A DNA stretch of 64,000 nucleotides. Origin: Mycobacteriales bacterium (GTDB lineage: Bacteria; Actinomycetota; Actinomycetes; JAFAQI01). The notes under the pieces are model-generated. The model saw only the letters and a list, made by a program, of their open reading frames with translations, did no database searches and was not told the DNA's origin. The stretch covers positions 130,298 through 194,297 of the forward strand of contig DASZVL010000087.1 of assembly GCA_035547035.1 (NCBI GenBank), in the 5' to 3' direction. The translations under genes were made by a program, and so were the position numbers. Positions 1 to 10,220 of the stretch are shown piece by piece. Each line of letters opens with the position of its first letter. The stretch's first letter is position 1.

Positions 1-798
1 GTTGCGGAACAGGCCGAGGTCGATCAGCGGGTCGTCGCGCCGGCTGTCCCACGAGAAGAAGGCGTTGAGCAGGATCGCGGCGGCGGCCAGCGCGCCGAGC
101 ACGACGTGCGAGGCCCAGTGCTCGTTCGGCGCGACGATCAGTGCATAGGTGAGCGCGGTGAGGCCGCCGGCCGACAGGATCACGCCTACCGGGTCGATCG
201 GGTTGGGGTTCGCTGCCCTCGTCTCGGTGATGGCGAAGAACGCACCGAGGATCGCGATCGCGGCGATCGGCACGTTGATGAGGAAGACAGCCCCCCACCA
301 GAAGTGCTGGAGCAGGACGCCGCCGAGGATCGGTCCCGCGGCGCCGCCGATGCCGCCGATGCCGGCCCAGATTCCGATGGCTCGCGCCCGGTGGTGCCCT
401 TCGAACGTCGCAACGATGATCGCCAGCGTCGCCGGCATCAAGGCGGCGGCGCCGAGACCCGTGAGCACTCGCATGGCGACCAGGGGCCAGGTCGAGTGCA
501 CGACCGCGCAGCCGAGCGATCCACCGCCGAACAGCGCGCTTCCGATGATGAACATTCGCCGCCGGCCGAACCGGTCGCCGAGCGCGCCGCTGGCGAGCAA
601 CAGCACGGCCTGCGTCAGCGTGTAGCTGTCGATGATCCATTCGAGGCCGCTGGTCGACGGATGGAGGTCCTTGACCAGCGTCGGCAGGGCGATGTTGAGA
701 ACGGTCTGGTCGAGGCTGATGAGCAGGATCGTCAGACACAGCACAGCGAGGACGAACCACTGCTTGACCGACACCGACCCGTCCCTAGCCTCGCTCAC
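1..798 (-). CDS. MFS transporter, DHA2 (EmrB/QacA-like) family, N-terminal ~266 aa; 3' end lies beyond the left window edge
   Basis: Not in the ORF track because there is no stop in the window. My minus-strand translation from GTG (798-796) reads VSEARDGSVSVKQWFVLAVLCLTILLISLDQTVLNIALPTLVKDLHPSTSGLEWIIDSYTLTQAVLLLASGALGDRFGRRRMFIIG... It contains successive TM helices and the GDRFGRR loop typical of MFS drug:H+ antiporters. Confidence 0.8.
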   Translation of the reverse strand, partial: MSEARDGSVSVKQWFVLAVLCLTILLISLDQTVLNIALPTLVKDLHPSTSGLEWIIDSYTLTQAVLLLASGALGDRFGRRRMFIIGSALFGGGSLGCAVVHSTWPLVAMRVLTGLGAAALMPATLAIIVATFEGHHRARAIGIWAGIGGIGGAAGPILGGVLLQHFWWGAVFLINVPIAAIAILGAFFAITETRAANPNPIDPVGVILSAGGLTALTYALIVAPNEHWASHVVLGALAAAAILLNAFFSWDSRRDDPLIDLGLFRN

Positions 799-870
799 CA
801 CCCTAGTGGTCTGTCGATCGCTGACCGAGCCGGAGGCCCGGCCGCCGGCGTACGACGAAGGAGCGAGAGC

Positions 871-1635
871 TCACACGGTCGGCGTCATCCCACCGTCGAT
901 CCGCACCGTCGTCCCCGTGATCGAGCCCGCCCGAGGGCTGGCGAGGAACACGACAGTGTCAGCGACCTCCTCCGGCGTCGAGAAGCGCCCGAGCGGGATC
1001 GATCGCTCTGCGTTCTCGACGATCTCCTCGCGCGTTCCGCCACCCATGGCTGCCATCTGCGCGGCTGCGCCGTAGTCCCCGAGCCAAAGCGGGGTGCTCA
1101 CCGGGCCGGGTGCCACGCCGACCACTCGGACGCCCTGCGCGGCGTACTCGCGAGCGAGCCCGACCGTGAGGTTGTTCATCGCGGCTTTGAGCGCGCTGTA
1201 GGTAGCGATCCCGGTATCCGGCATGGCGCCGTTGACGCTGGAGATGTTGACGATGACGCCGTTGCTCGCCACGAGGTGGGGAAGCGCGGCACGGCACATC
1301 CGGACCGCGGACATGAAGTTCAGGTCCCAGTACGTCGCCCAGATCTCGTCGGTCTCGTCGGCGAAGCCAGCGGTCAGGGTTGCGCTGCCGACGTTGTTGA
1401 CCACGATGTCGAGCCGCCCGAGCCGCTCGAGACAGGAGGCGACGGCGCTGGCCGCCGCGCTCGGCTCTGACATGTCGAGCGACAGGTGAGTCAGCCCCGC
1501 GATCGTCGGCGGTGCAGATCGACTGGTTCCGGCGACTCTCGATCCTTCGGCGATGAGCGCCTCGGCGACCGCGAGCCCGATTCCTCGGCTGACACCGGTG
1601 ACCAAGGCAACCTTGCCATGCAGGTCGAGATCCAC
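871..1635 (-). CDS. SDR family oxidoreductase (3-oxoacyl-ACP reductase-like)
   Basis: 254-aa ORF with Rossmann motif [20 protein letters not shown], and catalytic YSALK (Y-x3-K). Confidence 0.9.
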   Translation of the reverse strand: MDLDLHGKVALVTGVSRGIGLAVAEALIAEGSRVAGTSRSAPPTIAGLTHLSLDMSEPSAAASAVASCLERLGRLDIVVNNVGSATLTAGFADETDEIWATYWDLNFMSAVRMCRAALPHLVASNGVIVNISSVNGAMPDTGIATYSALKAAMNNLTVGLAREYAAQGVRVVGVAPGPVSTPLWLGDYGAAAQMAAMGGGTREEIVENAERSIPLGRFSTPEEVADTVVFLASPRAGSITGTTVRIDGGMTPTV

Positions 1636-1682
1636 GGCTACCCCCCGTGTGCGTGCGCCGGACGTGCCGCCATCATGACGCC

Positions 1683-2921
1683 ATGCCCGGGATCGCGTCG
1701 ATGTCAGAGAGGTACGCGCGGCCCGACTGGGTCCGTCGGCTCAACGCCATGGCCGATGCGAGCGGCAGCGCGGTGCACCTGATCCCGCTCGATGCGGGAG
1801 AGCTCATCGACGCGGCTCGCGAGACCACGGGGATCGCCGAGCTCGCCGACCTCGGCGACGGCGACTGGGAAGGCCGACTGCGCGCGGTCGTCGCAGCCAT
1901 CAACGCCTCCGACCTGACGGTGGTCGGCCGGCTGATGACGCGCGAAGAGCTGCTCCGCTGTCTTCGCACCAGGATCCATCTGGGTGCGCAACGCGCGAGC
2001 GATCCAGCGGTTGCGGAGGAGCAGATCCTCGCGCCCATCGTGGTGACCGGTCCGGCTCGATCAGGCACGACCATCCTGTTCGAGCTGCTTGCACTCGACG
2101 CCGGTCTGCGCTCCCCCGTCGCCACCGACGTGCTGCATCCGGCGCTGCCCGACGACGTCACCCCGACGAGGCGTCGCGCGATGACCGAGTCGGAGCAGGA
2201 GCTGTGGGCCGACGTACAGCCCGAGTTCGCGTCTATCCACGAGCTGCGCTCAGATCTGCCCGTCGAGTGCATCACGATCAGCGCGCCGTCGTTCGCCGGA
2301 TCTCACTGGTCGATGGTGCTTGACGATCCGGGTGAGTGGATGCCGGATCCCGTCGTGGACTTCGCGTTCCACAAGGCGGTGCTGCAGTCCGTGCAGCACG
2401 GCAAGCCGGCGATGCAGTGGCTGCTCAAGACGCCCGCCTACCTGTTCATGTTCGACGACCTGCTGAAGGCATATCCCGACGCCTCCGTGGTGTTCACTCA
2501 TCGCGATCCGGCGCGAACCATGCCGTCGACGGTCAGTACGACGGCGATGGTGCGCTGGATCCGCAGCGACGGCCTCGACGTGCCGGCGCTCGCCGAGCTG
2601 ATCGACGTGATGTTCACCGCGGGGCTCAACAACGTGGCGGAGCGACACAACAACGGCACGCTGCCCCAGCAGACGGGGCACGTTCGCTTCACCGATCTCA
2701 TGTCGGCGCCGGCTGACGCGATCGCTGCTGCCTATGACGGGATCGGCCGGGAGTTCACGGCCGCGCATCGCGCGGCGGTTGTGGAGTACCTCGCGAACAA
2801 GCCTCGCGGGAAGCACGGCCGGCATGACTACACGGCCGAAGAGTGGGGCTACGACGCGGCGAAGCTTCGCGAGGGCGCCGCGTCGTACATCTCCACGTTC
2901 GGGATCCTCAGCGAGTCCTGA
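1683..2921 (+). CDS. sulfotransferase family protein
   Basis: ORF 1647-2921 with a PAPS-binding 5'-PSB-like loop [14 protein letters not shown]. Start is ambiguous (ATG at 1647, 1683 or 1701). Confidence 0.7.
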   Translation: MPGIASMSERYARPDWVRRLNAMADASGSAVHLIPLDAGELIDAARETTGIAELADLGDGDWEGRLRAVVAAINASDLTVVGRLMTREELLRCLRTRIHLGAQRASDPAVAEEQILAPIVVTGPARSGTTILFELLALDAGLRSPVATDVLHPALPDDVTPTRRRAMTESEQELWADVQPEFASIHELRSDLPVECITISAPSFAGSHWSMVLDDPGEWMPDPVVDFAFHKAVLQSVQHGKPAMQWLLKTPAYLFMFDDLLKAYPDASVVFTHRDPARTMPSTVSTTAMVRWIRSDGLDVPALAELIDVMFTAGLNNVAERHNNGTLPQQTGHVRFTDLMSAPADAIAAAYDGIGREFTAAHRAAVVEYLANKPRGKHGRHDYTAEEWGYDAAKLREGAASYISTFGILSES

Positions 2922-4041
2922 GACGCTCGCTGACCTCGTCTACCGGAAGCACTTCGGCGTCGATCGGGTCGATGTCACCCTCGGCGAGCAGGAAGCGCCA
3001 GAACACCAGGCCGAAGGGTCGTCCTTCCGTGCTGAGCCAGTTGGGCACTCCTGGATCGCGATGTGCCAGGACGATCGTCGCTACGCCGTCGGCGTCGGCC
3101 TTCGCCTGCGCCCGGTTGAGACCGACGCGTCGGCGCAGGTAGTCGAAGGTCTGCAGATGGCGGTTCCACAACGCGACGCCCGCGTAGCGGCATCTCGGCC
3201 ACCGCACCCGCATGACGAGTGCCTCGTCCGGTCCGAGGAGATACGGAGCGAGGCTGTAGGCGGCGTCGCCGGCCGCCAGCGCGTGCTGGCCCGGTGCCAC
3301 CGGGGGCACGAACTGGTTCGGCGTCTGGGAGACGAAGGCGGGCGGAGCGCCCGAGCCGGGCGGAGGTGTGGCCTCCATGACCCGACTGCGGACGAACGTC
3401 GCGACCCGGCGGATCGCGGTGGCGACTGAGGCATCGGTTGGCACGGCGGGCTGATGCTCCGGCACGGCCCCATCGATCAGGTCGATCGCCAGGTCGAGGC
3501 TGGGAGCGGGCGGCATCGCCGGCACCAGCCGCTGCTCCCAGTAGTGGCGGACCGTGATCCGCGTCGCGTCCTCGGGAAGCGGAAGCCACGCGCCGACTTG
3601 TGGTGGCCCGCCGATCGTGAGCTCGAACCACCCGCTGGGTGAGACGTCGAAGTCGGTGTCGTTGAGAACGCCGGCGGTCCGCTCCGGCATCCGGCCATCG
3701 GCGGCGCCGGCCTCGACCGTGAAGGACACGTAGATCGCCCCGCCCGTGTTGCCTCTGACGCGATAGACGCCGTCGGGATGGACCGCCGCATCGTGATAGC
3801 GGGCGTCGGGGTTGTCGCCGAGCATCTTGCGCCACGGAGTGACGATCTCTCGGAACACCGGGCGCTTCGGGTCGTCTTCGAACTGCGTCTCGAGGGCGGT
3901 TCCAAGCCCGTGCATGACGGCTCGCAGCGCCCCGGCGACGTCGTCCGGCGCGGTGACCATCCACTCGTCGCCGGCATAGCGGTCGGCGACCTCGCGCAAG
4001 GTGTCAAGCAGCTCGTCGAACGCGGCCCGGCTCTCCCCCAT
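2908..4041 (-). CDS. DUF1214 domain-containing protein
   Basis: 377-aa ORF. It has the GDNPDARYHDA...YRVRGN block and a C-terminal NWLSTEGRPFGLVFWRFLL block, which I recognise from DUF1214/DUF1254-type proteins. Its 3' end overlaps the convergent sulfotransferase gene by 14 nt. Confidence 0.65.
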   Translation of the reverse strand: MGESRAAFDELLDTLREVADRYAGDEWMVTAPDDVAGALRAVMHGLGTALETQFEDDPKRPVFREIVTPWRKMLGDNPDARYHDAAVHPDGVYRVRGNTGGAIYVSFTVEAGAADGRMPERTAGVLNDTDFDVSPSGWFELTIGGPPQVGAWLPLPEDATRITVRHYWEQRLVPAMPPAPSLDLAIDLIDGAVPEHQPAVPTDASVATAIRRVATFVRSRVMEATPPPGSGAPPAFVSQTPNQFVPPVAPGQHALAAGDAAYSLAPYLLGPDEALVMRVRWPRCRYAGVALWNRHLQTFDYLRRRVGLNRAQAKADADGVATIVLAHRDPGVPNWLSTEGRPFGLVFWRFLLAEGDIDPIDAEVLPVDEVSERLRTR

Positions 4042-4127
4042 GCCGGGAGCCTATTCAGACTGCCGACGCTTGTGCACCTCTTCGGGTGCAGGCAGGTTCA
4101 CAGAGTGGTGGCGCCGAACCGAACCGC

Positions 4128-5339
4128 ATGATCCGGGGCAGGGTGGCGCGGCTCGCCGTCAGCGCGTTGGCCGTTGCCGCGGCATTGGCCGTCCCGGGCG
4201 GCGCCGCAGCAGCAACGCGCGACGCGAACGCGGCACCGCGACTGGTGACCATCACCATTCCGGCGCGGCATGCTGACATCGACCCGAAGTGGCTGCCGTA
4301 CGAGGGACCGCCGCGCGCCAACGTGCTGCTGCCGGCAAGCTACGACGCGCATCGCCGCTACCCGCTGATCGTCGCGTTGCACGGTCTCAACTGCAACTAC
4401 GCCTGGTGGCAGCAGTGGAAGCTCACGGCACCGTTCGAGAGGCTCCACGCGATCGTCGTGATGCCGGAAGGCGCGAGCGGCTGGTACACCGACTGGTGGA
4501 ACCACGGGCTGCGCGGCAAGCCGTCATGGGAGACCTATGAGCTCGACGACGTGATCCCGACCGTCCTCCGCCGCTACCCGATCCTCCCGCAGCGGCGTTG
4601 GCACGCACTTGTCGGGATCTCGATGGGCGGCCTCGGCGCGGCGTACCTCGGTGGGCGCCTCCCGGGCTTCTTCGGCACGGTGGCGTCGTTGTCCGGCTTC
4701 GTCGACCCGCAGCTAGCCGGAGCGGTCGCAGATCCGGCGATGACGGAAACCGCGCTCGCGCCACTGAAGGGGAACTACAACCCGTACGCCGTCGACGGCC
4801 GGCCGCACGGCTTCTACATGACCGGCCACAACCCGACCCGCCTGGTGATGAACCTGCGACAGACGCGGGTGTTCGTGAGCTCCGGCGACGGACGTCCAAG
4901 CGCCTACGCGGGGCTCAACCATCCCGGGTCCGAGGAAGAGGGCGCCGTGATCTACCCGATGAACCAGCAGTACGCGCCGGCACTCGTGGCCGCGGGCGTC
5001 AACGTGACCTACCAGCCACACACCGGCGGCCACGACATTCCGGACTTCATGCAAGAGGTCAAGGCGTTCGTCCGATGGGGCGTCTTCGCACCGGTCGTGA
5101 CTCACCCGAAGCACTGGGTCAACGACACGGTCGCCACGCATGGTCAGCTCTGGAACGTCGGGTATCGCTTCGCCCAGCCACCCACCAAGGTCGTGCAGTT
5201 CCAGCGCGTCGGCCGCCGGCTGACGGTGAGTGGCGCGGGTTCGAGTGTCACGCTCACCTGGCCCGGTGGATGCGCGACGCGCATCACGACCCCGGGGACG
5301 GTCAAGATCCCGACGCACGTCCTCGTCTGCGACGGGTAG
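4128..5339 (+). CDS. secreted esterase family alpha/beta hydrolase
   Basis: Signal peptide MIRGRVARLAVSALAVAAALAVPGGAAAA. Esterase-D/mycolyltransferase-like block YPLIVALHGLNCNYAWW. Nucleophile elbow GISMGG. Confidence 0.75.
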   Translation: MIRGRVARLAVSALAVAAALAVPGGAAAATRDANAAPRLVTITIPARHADIDPKWLPYEGPPRANVLLPASYDAHRRYPLIVALHGLNCNYAWWQQWKLTAPFERLHAIVVMPEGASGWYTDWWNHGLRGKPSWETYELDDVIPTVLRRYPILPQRRWHALVGISMGGLGAAYLGGRLPGFFGTVASLSGFVDPQLAGAVADPAMTETALAPLKGNYNPYAVDGRPHGFYMTGHNPTRLVMNLRQTRVFVSSGDGRPSAYAGLNHPGSEEEGAVIYPMNQQYAPALVAAGVNVTYQPHTGGHDIPDFMQEVKAFVRWGVFAPVVTHPKHWVNDTVATHGQLWNVGYRFAQPPTKVVQFQRVGRRLTVSGAGSSVTLTWPGGCATRITTPGTVKIPTHVLVCDG

Positions 5340-5380
5340 CGTCCGCCCCGGTCGTCGCGAGCGGCGAGTGACGCCCGCTG

Positions 5381-6784
5381 TCAGATGTGCAGGCGCACGA
5401 TCTGGATCTGCTGACGTCCGTCCCGAGTCGCCACGATGACCAACGAGGTCGGGTCGTCGCCCTTCACCGCGAGGCCGGTTGCGAGCTGCGCCGAGCTGCC
5501 TTGCCACGGTGCGCGAACGATGACCTCCCCGTCATGTCCGAAGCTTGGCTTCGCGGTGCCGTCGGGGCGAAGCACGCGCAGGCGCGCCCGGGTGTCATCG
5601 GCGAACTTGGAATCGACGAACAGGGTGTCCCGACCCGACTTGAAGGCGCCGAGGACGCCGAAGTCCCGCGACGGGAAACGAACCGTCCGCCCGACGGAGG
5701 CTCCGTCGGTCCGGAAGCGAGCCATCACTCCCGTCACCGACTTCGCCGGCACCCTGCCGAAGCAAGGATGCTGACCCGCGCCGGCCAGCGTGAACCCATG
5801 TGGTGTCACGTAGATCGCGCCGTCGAAAGCACCGAAGGCGAGGCTTCCCCAGAACTGCGTCATGCGCTTGGCGAAGCCGGCGACGTGGTGCCCAGCCGGT
5901 GTGAGCATCGCGACGCCGACTCCCCAGCAGCCCATGTTCCCGTAACGGACGAGCGCGAGGAGGTCGCCGTTCGGCTCGCGCAGAAGGCTGTCGACACCGG
6001 AGTCCTCACCGGTCGGCAGAGTCGCGGCGCCCTGCTTGCCGAAGCTCGTGAGGAGCCTGCCGCGCGATGACAGAGCCGCGACGTGGTTCACGGTGCAGCA
6101 GCCGCCGCCGCCGTTGTCGCCGGCCACGAGGATTCGGCCGGACGGCTCCTGGAGGATCGCCGAGACCTCGCCACGTCGTGGCAGCACCGTCCAGCCGGCG
6201 GTTCCGAAGGCGGGGTCGAGCGTGCCGCTGGAGTCGATCGCCGCGACGACCCAGCGGCCGCGGTAGGTACCGGCTACGAGCGCGCCACCGCCGGCCCTTG
6301 CACCGATCGACTCGATCCAGAGGGCGTCGAACCCGAAGCCGTTGCCGGGCAGCGGAACGACGTCCTTCGGAATCGTGATCGTCGTCTCGCCCGCAGTGCC
6401 GAATCCGGTCGCGCGGACGCATCGCGGCGTCACGGCGTCGAGCACCGAGTAGTCCTTGCCGGGATACACCTGCGAGAAGGCGACCAGCGTCGCGCCGTCG
6501 GACATCGTCCCGGTTGCGACCACCGGCTGCTTCCAGCCCGTCGTCGACAGCTTCGATCCGTGGCCGCCGTTGCAGGACCGAGCCACGATGTTCGGCCTGA
6601 CCACGAAGCCGCTGCGCGCCGTCTCAGCGCTTGAGCGGGAGCCGCTGGCGAGAGAAGCATTAGGTGCGGCGATCCCTCCTGCGAGCACGAGAGAAGTGGA
6701 CACGGCGACCAAGGCTCGTGATGAGGACCGGCGCACAGCGCGATGATGGCACCTTCGGGTTACCTTCAGGAACCTCGCGTACAA
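5381..6784 (-). CDS. secreted repeat protein, delta-60-repeat-like (beta-propeller type)
   Basis: 467-aa ORF with an N-terminal hydrophobic signal. It has recurring FG-x-x-G repeat cores (GFGTAGETTI, DPAFGTAGWTV, TSFGKQGAATL, PSFGHDGEVIV). Confidence 0.55.
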   Translation of the reverse strand: MYARFLKVTRRCHHRAVRRSSSRALVAVSTSLVLAGGIAAPNASLASGSRSSAETARSGFVVRPNIVARSCNGGHGSKLSTTGWKQPVVATGTMSDGATLVAFSQVYPGKDYSVLDAVTPRCVRATGFGTAGETTITIPKDVVPLPGNGFGFDALWIESIGARAGGGALVAGTYRGRWVVAAIDSSGTLDPAFGTAGWTVLPRRGEVSAILQEPSGRILVAGDNGGGGCCTVNHVAALSSRGRLLTSFGKQGAATLPTGEDSGVDSLLREPNGDLLALVRYGNMGCWGVGVAMLTPAGHHVAGFAKRMTQFWGSLAFGAFDGAIYVTPHGFTLAGAGQHPCFGRVPAKSVTGVMARFRTDGASVGRTVRFPSRDFGVLGAFKSGRDTLFVDSKFADDTRARLRVLRPDGTAKPSFGHDGEVIVRAPWQGSSAQLATGLAVKGDDPTSLVIVATRDGRQQIQIVRLHI

Positions 6785-6861
6785 CGTCGTGCATGTCCTC
6801 GGCCGGCGGCAGCACCCAAACCCTGCCCGTCCGGCCGAGTGACACTTCCTTGATTCGCCGG

Positions 6862-7626
6862 ATGTGGGTCGAGCCGGTGGGGCCCAAGGTGCCCGAGGTC
6901 ATCGCGATCTTCTGGCTGGTGAAGATCCTCACGACCGCCGGCGGCGAGGTCACGTCGGACTACCTGTCCCGCTTCGGCAACTTCGTCGGGGGCGGTGTGG
7001 AGCTGCTGCTCTTCGCGGTCGGGTTGCTGCTGCAGTTCGGGACGCGGCGCTACAGCGCCATCTCCTACTGGTGGCTCGCCTTCTCGATCGCGATCTTCGG
7101 CACCGGCGTCGCCGACTTCCTGCACCTCGACGTTCATCTGTCCTACGCCGTGGACTCATCGTTGTGGGCGGTGGTCCTCGCCGCGATCTTCTGGCTGTGG
7201 CACCGCCAGGAAGGCACGCTGTCGATTCACAGCGTCCACAGCCGGCCCCGCGAGTTCTACTACTGGGCAACCGTCTTCTCGACCTTCGCGCTGGGTACGG
7301 CGCTCGGCGACTACACCGCCGTGATCCTCAATCTCGGGTTCCTCGGCTCGGGGATCTTCTTCGGGGTCGCGATCCTGCTGCCCGCTATCGCCCACAAGCT
7401 GTTCCGGCTGAACCCGGTCGCCGCGTTCTGGATGTCGTATGTGCTGACCCGCCCGCTGGGTGCCTCGTTCGCGGACTGGACCAGCAAGCCGCGCACCATC
7501 ACCGGTCTGGCGTACGGAAACGGTCCCGTTGCGCTCGTGTGCTTCGGTGCGGTCGCATTGCTCGTCGGCTATCTGGCGATCGCGCGTCCGGACATCCAGC
7601 AGGGCATCGAACACGCAGAGGTCTAG
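6862..7626 (+). CDS. integral membrane protein (COG4705-like membrane-anchored protein)
   Basis: In-frame ATG at 6862 inside ORF 6664-7626. The product is almost entirely hydrophobic helices (IAIFWLVKILTTAGGEVTSDYL...). The upstream part of the ORF is Arg-rich and overlaps the divergent gene. Confidence 0.6.
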   Translation: MWVEPVGPKVPEVIAIFWLVKILTTAGGEVTSDYLSRFGNFVGGGVELLLFAVGLLLQFGTRRYSAISYWWLAFSIAIFGTGVADFLHLDVHLSYAVDSSLWAVVLAAIFWLWHRQEGTLSIHSVHSRPREFYYWATVFSTFALGTALGDYTAVILNLGFLGSGIFFGVAILLPAIAHKLFRLNPVAAFWMSYVLTRPLGASFADWTSKPRTITGLAYGNGPVALVCFGAVALLVGYLAIARPDIQQGIEHAEV

Positions 7627-7691
7627 GTCGGCCGCGCAACGGCGGCGCGGGCTGTCCTGAGCCGTTCGGAGCAAGCCCTCGGGCGCCGACC
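7626..7691 (+). terminator. compound hairpin after the membrane-protein gene
   Basis: Outer arms GGTCGGC (7626-7632) / GCCGACC (7685-7691) enclose CCGCGC/GCGCGG and GGGCT/AGCCC stems. No T-tail. Confidence 0.35.
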
Positions 7692-7760
7692 GCTCCGATC
7701 TGTGCGATTCTGCGGCGGCGGCTGGGACGGGGGCCGCATCATCCAACTGGGAGGGAACGG

Positions 7761-8261
7761 ATGCGCAAGTCTCTAGTCAGCTGCGCGCTAGCAGTGACGG
7801 CCGCTGTCGGAGCGGCAGGCTGCGGCGGCAGCTCGTCCGGCGGTGCGCCGGCGGCCAAGGCCAATCCGCAGGCCGATCCGAAGGCGACGGTCACGGCGTT
7901 CATCGCCGCGCTCAAGAGCGGGGACATCGGCAGTGTCTGCAACTACGTCCAGATGCCGAGCGGGGTCTCCGGCAGCTGCCCGGACCTGCTCGGTCAGGCG
8001 CTCGCCGGCCGCGGTGCCTTCTCGGGTAACGCGGCGGTCGGCAACGACGCAGTGTCGGGCAACGAGGCGCTCGTCGTGACGACCGGGTCGTTCTCGGCCT
8101 TCGGCACAGCGGTCAAGAACTCCGACCCCAACGCCGGACTGCCGAGCGGCGGCACCTCCTTCGCGGCGGCCTACAGCGCTGCGCAGGCCGACCCGAAGTC
8201 GCCCGACGTGTGCCTGCTCAAGGTCGGCAGTGACTGGTTCGTGAGTCCTAGCACCGGCTGA
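7761..8261 (+). CDS. lipoprotein of unknown function
   Basis: ATG 7761 is preceded by GGGAGGGAA. Signal peptide plus lipobox MRKSLVSCALAVTAAVGAAGC, followed by a Gly/Ser linker. Confidence 0.65.
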   Translation: MRKSLVSCALAVTAAVGAAGCGGSSSGGAPAAKANPQADPKATVTAFIAALKSGDIGSVCNYVQMPSGVSGSCPDLLGQALAGRGAFSGNAAVGNDAVSGNEALVVTTGSFSAFGTAVKNSDPNAGLPSGGTSFAAAYSAAQADPKSPDVCLLKVGSDWFVSPSTG

Positions 8262-8339
8262 CCCGATACGAACGACGTCGTCGCTCGTCGTACTCGCTGC
8301 ATCATCGGCGCCGTCGAGTGTCGTAAGGTCACGGCGGCG

Positions 8340-9569
8340 ATGCGGATTCTCACGATCAACAACGGGTATCCGCCGCACTACTACGGCGGCTACGAGCTGT
8401 GGTGCGCGGGCGTGGTGGACCGCTTCATGGCGGCCGGCCACGACGTGATGGTGCTGACATCTGACGTCCGGGTGCCGGGAGTCACGGCGCCGGACCCGGA
8501 CGGACCGGAGATCCGGCGGCTGCTGCGCCCCTACTGGGATTGGGAGCGGGGCGGGCCGGCGGTGCCGCGCACGCCGTTCGGACGGTACGGCGTCGAGCGC
8601 GACAACCTTGCGGCGCTGAACCAGGCGATCGCGGACTTCCGGCCGGATGTCGTGTCGGTCTGGCACATGAACGGCTTGTCGATGAGCCTGCTGACCCGTC
8701 TCGAAGAGCTGGCCCTGCCGATGGTGGTCGTCGTGGGCAACGACTTCTTGATGCAGGCGCCCGAGTTCGATGCGTGGACCCGCATGTTCGACAACGTATT
8801 GGGCCGACGCCTGCGCCGGATCGGGTCCGTTCCGGTCGCGCTGCCGCGAATGGACGGCGCCACCTTCAGCTTCATCAGCGACTACACGAAGCAGCAGTCG
8901 TTGGGGCGCAGCCGGTTCCCCGTGCCGACCGGCTCGCCTGTCGTGTTCGCCGGCCTCGACACCGTCGACTTCCCGCCGGTCGAACTCGAGGAGGCGACCT
9001 CGAAGGTGACCGAGTGGGGTTGGTCGATCCTGTACGTCGGACGGCTCGACCCGGTCAAAGGCGTCGAGACGCTCCTCCACGCCGCGGCGCGCGTCGACCA
9101 GGCCGCGACGGTTCGGCTCGATGGCCGCGGTTCGCCTGGGTACCTCGAGAAGCTGCGGCAGCTCGCCGCAGACTTGGGCATCGCCGAGCGCGTGACCTTT
9201 GCCTGCAGTGAGCGGGCCGAGCTCCGTGAGCGCTATCGCCTGGCTGACGTGGTCGTGTTTCCGAGCCAGTGGGGCGAGCCGTTCGGTCTCGTTCCCCTGG
9301 AGTCGATGGCGTGTGGAACGCCGGTCATTGCGTCCGGAACGGGTGGTGCCGCGGAGTTCCTCGTCGACGGCGAGAACTGCCGGCTGTTCAAGGTGGGCGA
9401 CGCTGAAGACCTCACGCGCGCGTTGCTCGAGGTGGCGGACGACCCAGCCCTACGGGCCACTCTGGTGAGGGGCGGGCTCACGACGGCACGGACGATCACC
9501 GTCGACCGGTGCGCGCAGGAGCTCCTCGTCCTGCACCGGGCGGCGGCTGCCGCGTCGGCCCGCCATTAG
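8340..9569 (+). CDS. glycosyltransferase family 4 (GT-B, retaining)
   Basis: 409-aa ORF. C-terminal E-x7-E region VVFPSQWGEPFGLVPLESMACGTPVIAS. Confidence 0.85.
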   Translation: MRILTINNGYPPHYYGGYELWCAGVVDRFMAAGHDVMVLTSDVRVPGVTAPDPDGPEIRRLLRPYWDWERGGPAVPRTPFGRYGVERDNLAALNQAIADFRPDVVSVWHMNGLSMSLLTRLEELALPMVVVVGNDFLMQAPEFDAWTRMFDNVLGRRLRRIGSVPVALPRMDGATFSFISDYTKQQSLGRSRFPVPTGSPVVFAGLDTVDFPPVELEEATSKVTEWGWSILYVGRLDPVKGVETLLHAAARVDQAATVRLDGRGSPGYLEKLRQLAADLGIAERVTFACSERAELRERYRLADVVVFPSQWGEPFGLVPLESMACGTPVIASGTGGAAEFLVDGENCRLFKVGDAEDLTRALLEVADDPALRATLVRGGLTTARTITVDRCAQELLVLHRAAAAASARH

Positions 9570-10210
9570 GACTCCAGCCAGCGCAGGACCGCGAGCACGC
9601 GCCGATGGTCGTCGGAGGACGGCGCGAGATCGAGCTTGCCGAAGATGCTCGTGACGTACTTCTCGACGGAGCCGGCCGACAGGTGCAGCTGGTGGGCGAT
9701 CGCGGCGTTGGCGCGGCCCTCTGCCATCAGTCGCATCACCTGCCGCTCCCGCGCGGTCAGGGCATCGAGGGTGTCGGTACGGCGAGTGGTCCCGATCAGC
9801 TGCGTCACGACCTCCGGATCGAGGACGGTGCCGCCGCCGGCGATTCGCTCAAGGGCGTCGAGGAAGTCGCTGACATCAGCGACCCGCTCTTTGAGCAGGT
9901 AGCCGACGCCCTGCGCTCCGTCACTGAGCAGATCGGCGGCGTACCTCGTCTCGACGTACTGCGAGAAGACGAGTACGCCGAGTCCCGGGTGCCGCTCGCG
10001 CAGCTCGATCGCAGCGCGAAGCCCTTCGGTGGTGTGCGTCGGCGGCATCCGGATGTCGACGATCACGAGGTCGGGGACATCGGCCGCAACGGATCGCATC
10101 AGCTCGACGGCGGTCGGCACCGCCGCGATGACCTCGTGCCCCTTCGAGGTCAGCAGCTGGACGAGACCGTCTCGCAGGATCGCGGCGTCTTCGGCAATCG
10201 TGATGCGCAT
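9566..10210 (-). CDS. response regulator, NarL/LuxR family
   Basis: REC domain (MRITIAEDAAILRDGL...DLVIVDIRMP) plus a LuxR HTH (LTARERQVMRLMAEGRANAAIAHQLHLSAGSVEKYVTSIFGKL). Its stop overlaps the GT4 stop (convergent). Confidence 0.9.
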   Translation of the reverse strand: MRITIAEDAAILRDGLVQLLTSKGHEVIAAVPTAVELMRSVAADVPDLVIVDIRMPPTHTTEGLRAAIELRERHPGLGVLVFSQYVETRYAADLLSDGAQGVGYLLKERVADVSDFLDALERIAGGGTVLDPEVVTQLIGTTRRTDTLDALTARERQVMRLMAEGRANAAIAHQLHLSAGSVEKYVTSIFGKLDLAPSSDDHRRVLAVLRWLES

Positions 10211-10220
10211 CTGGCTTCGG

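Noticed and set aside
106-1470. 454-aa plus-strand ORF (and nested ORFs) at the left edge
   Set aside because: The product is extremely Arg/Asp/Gly-rich with no motif. It lies antisense to a convincing MFS transporter (1-798) and an SDR gene (871-1635). This is a typical high-GC shadow ORF.
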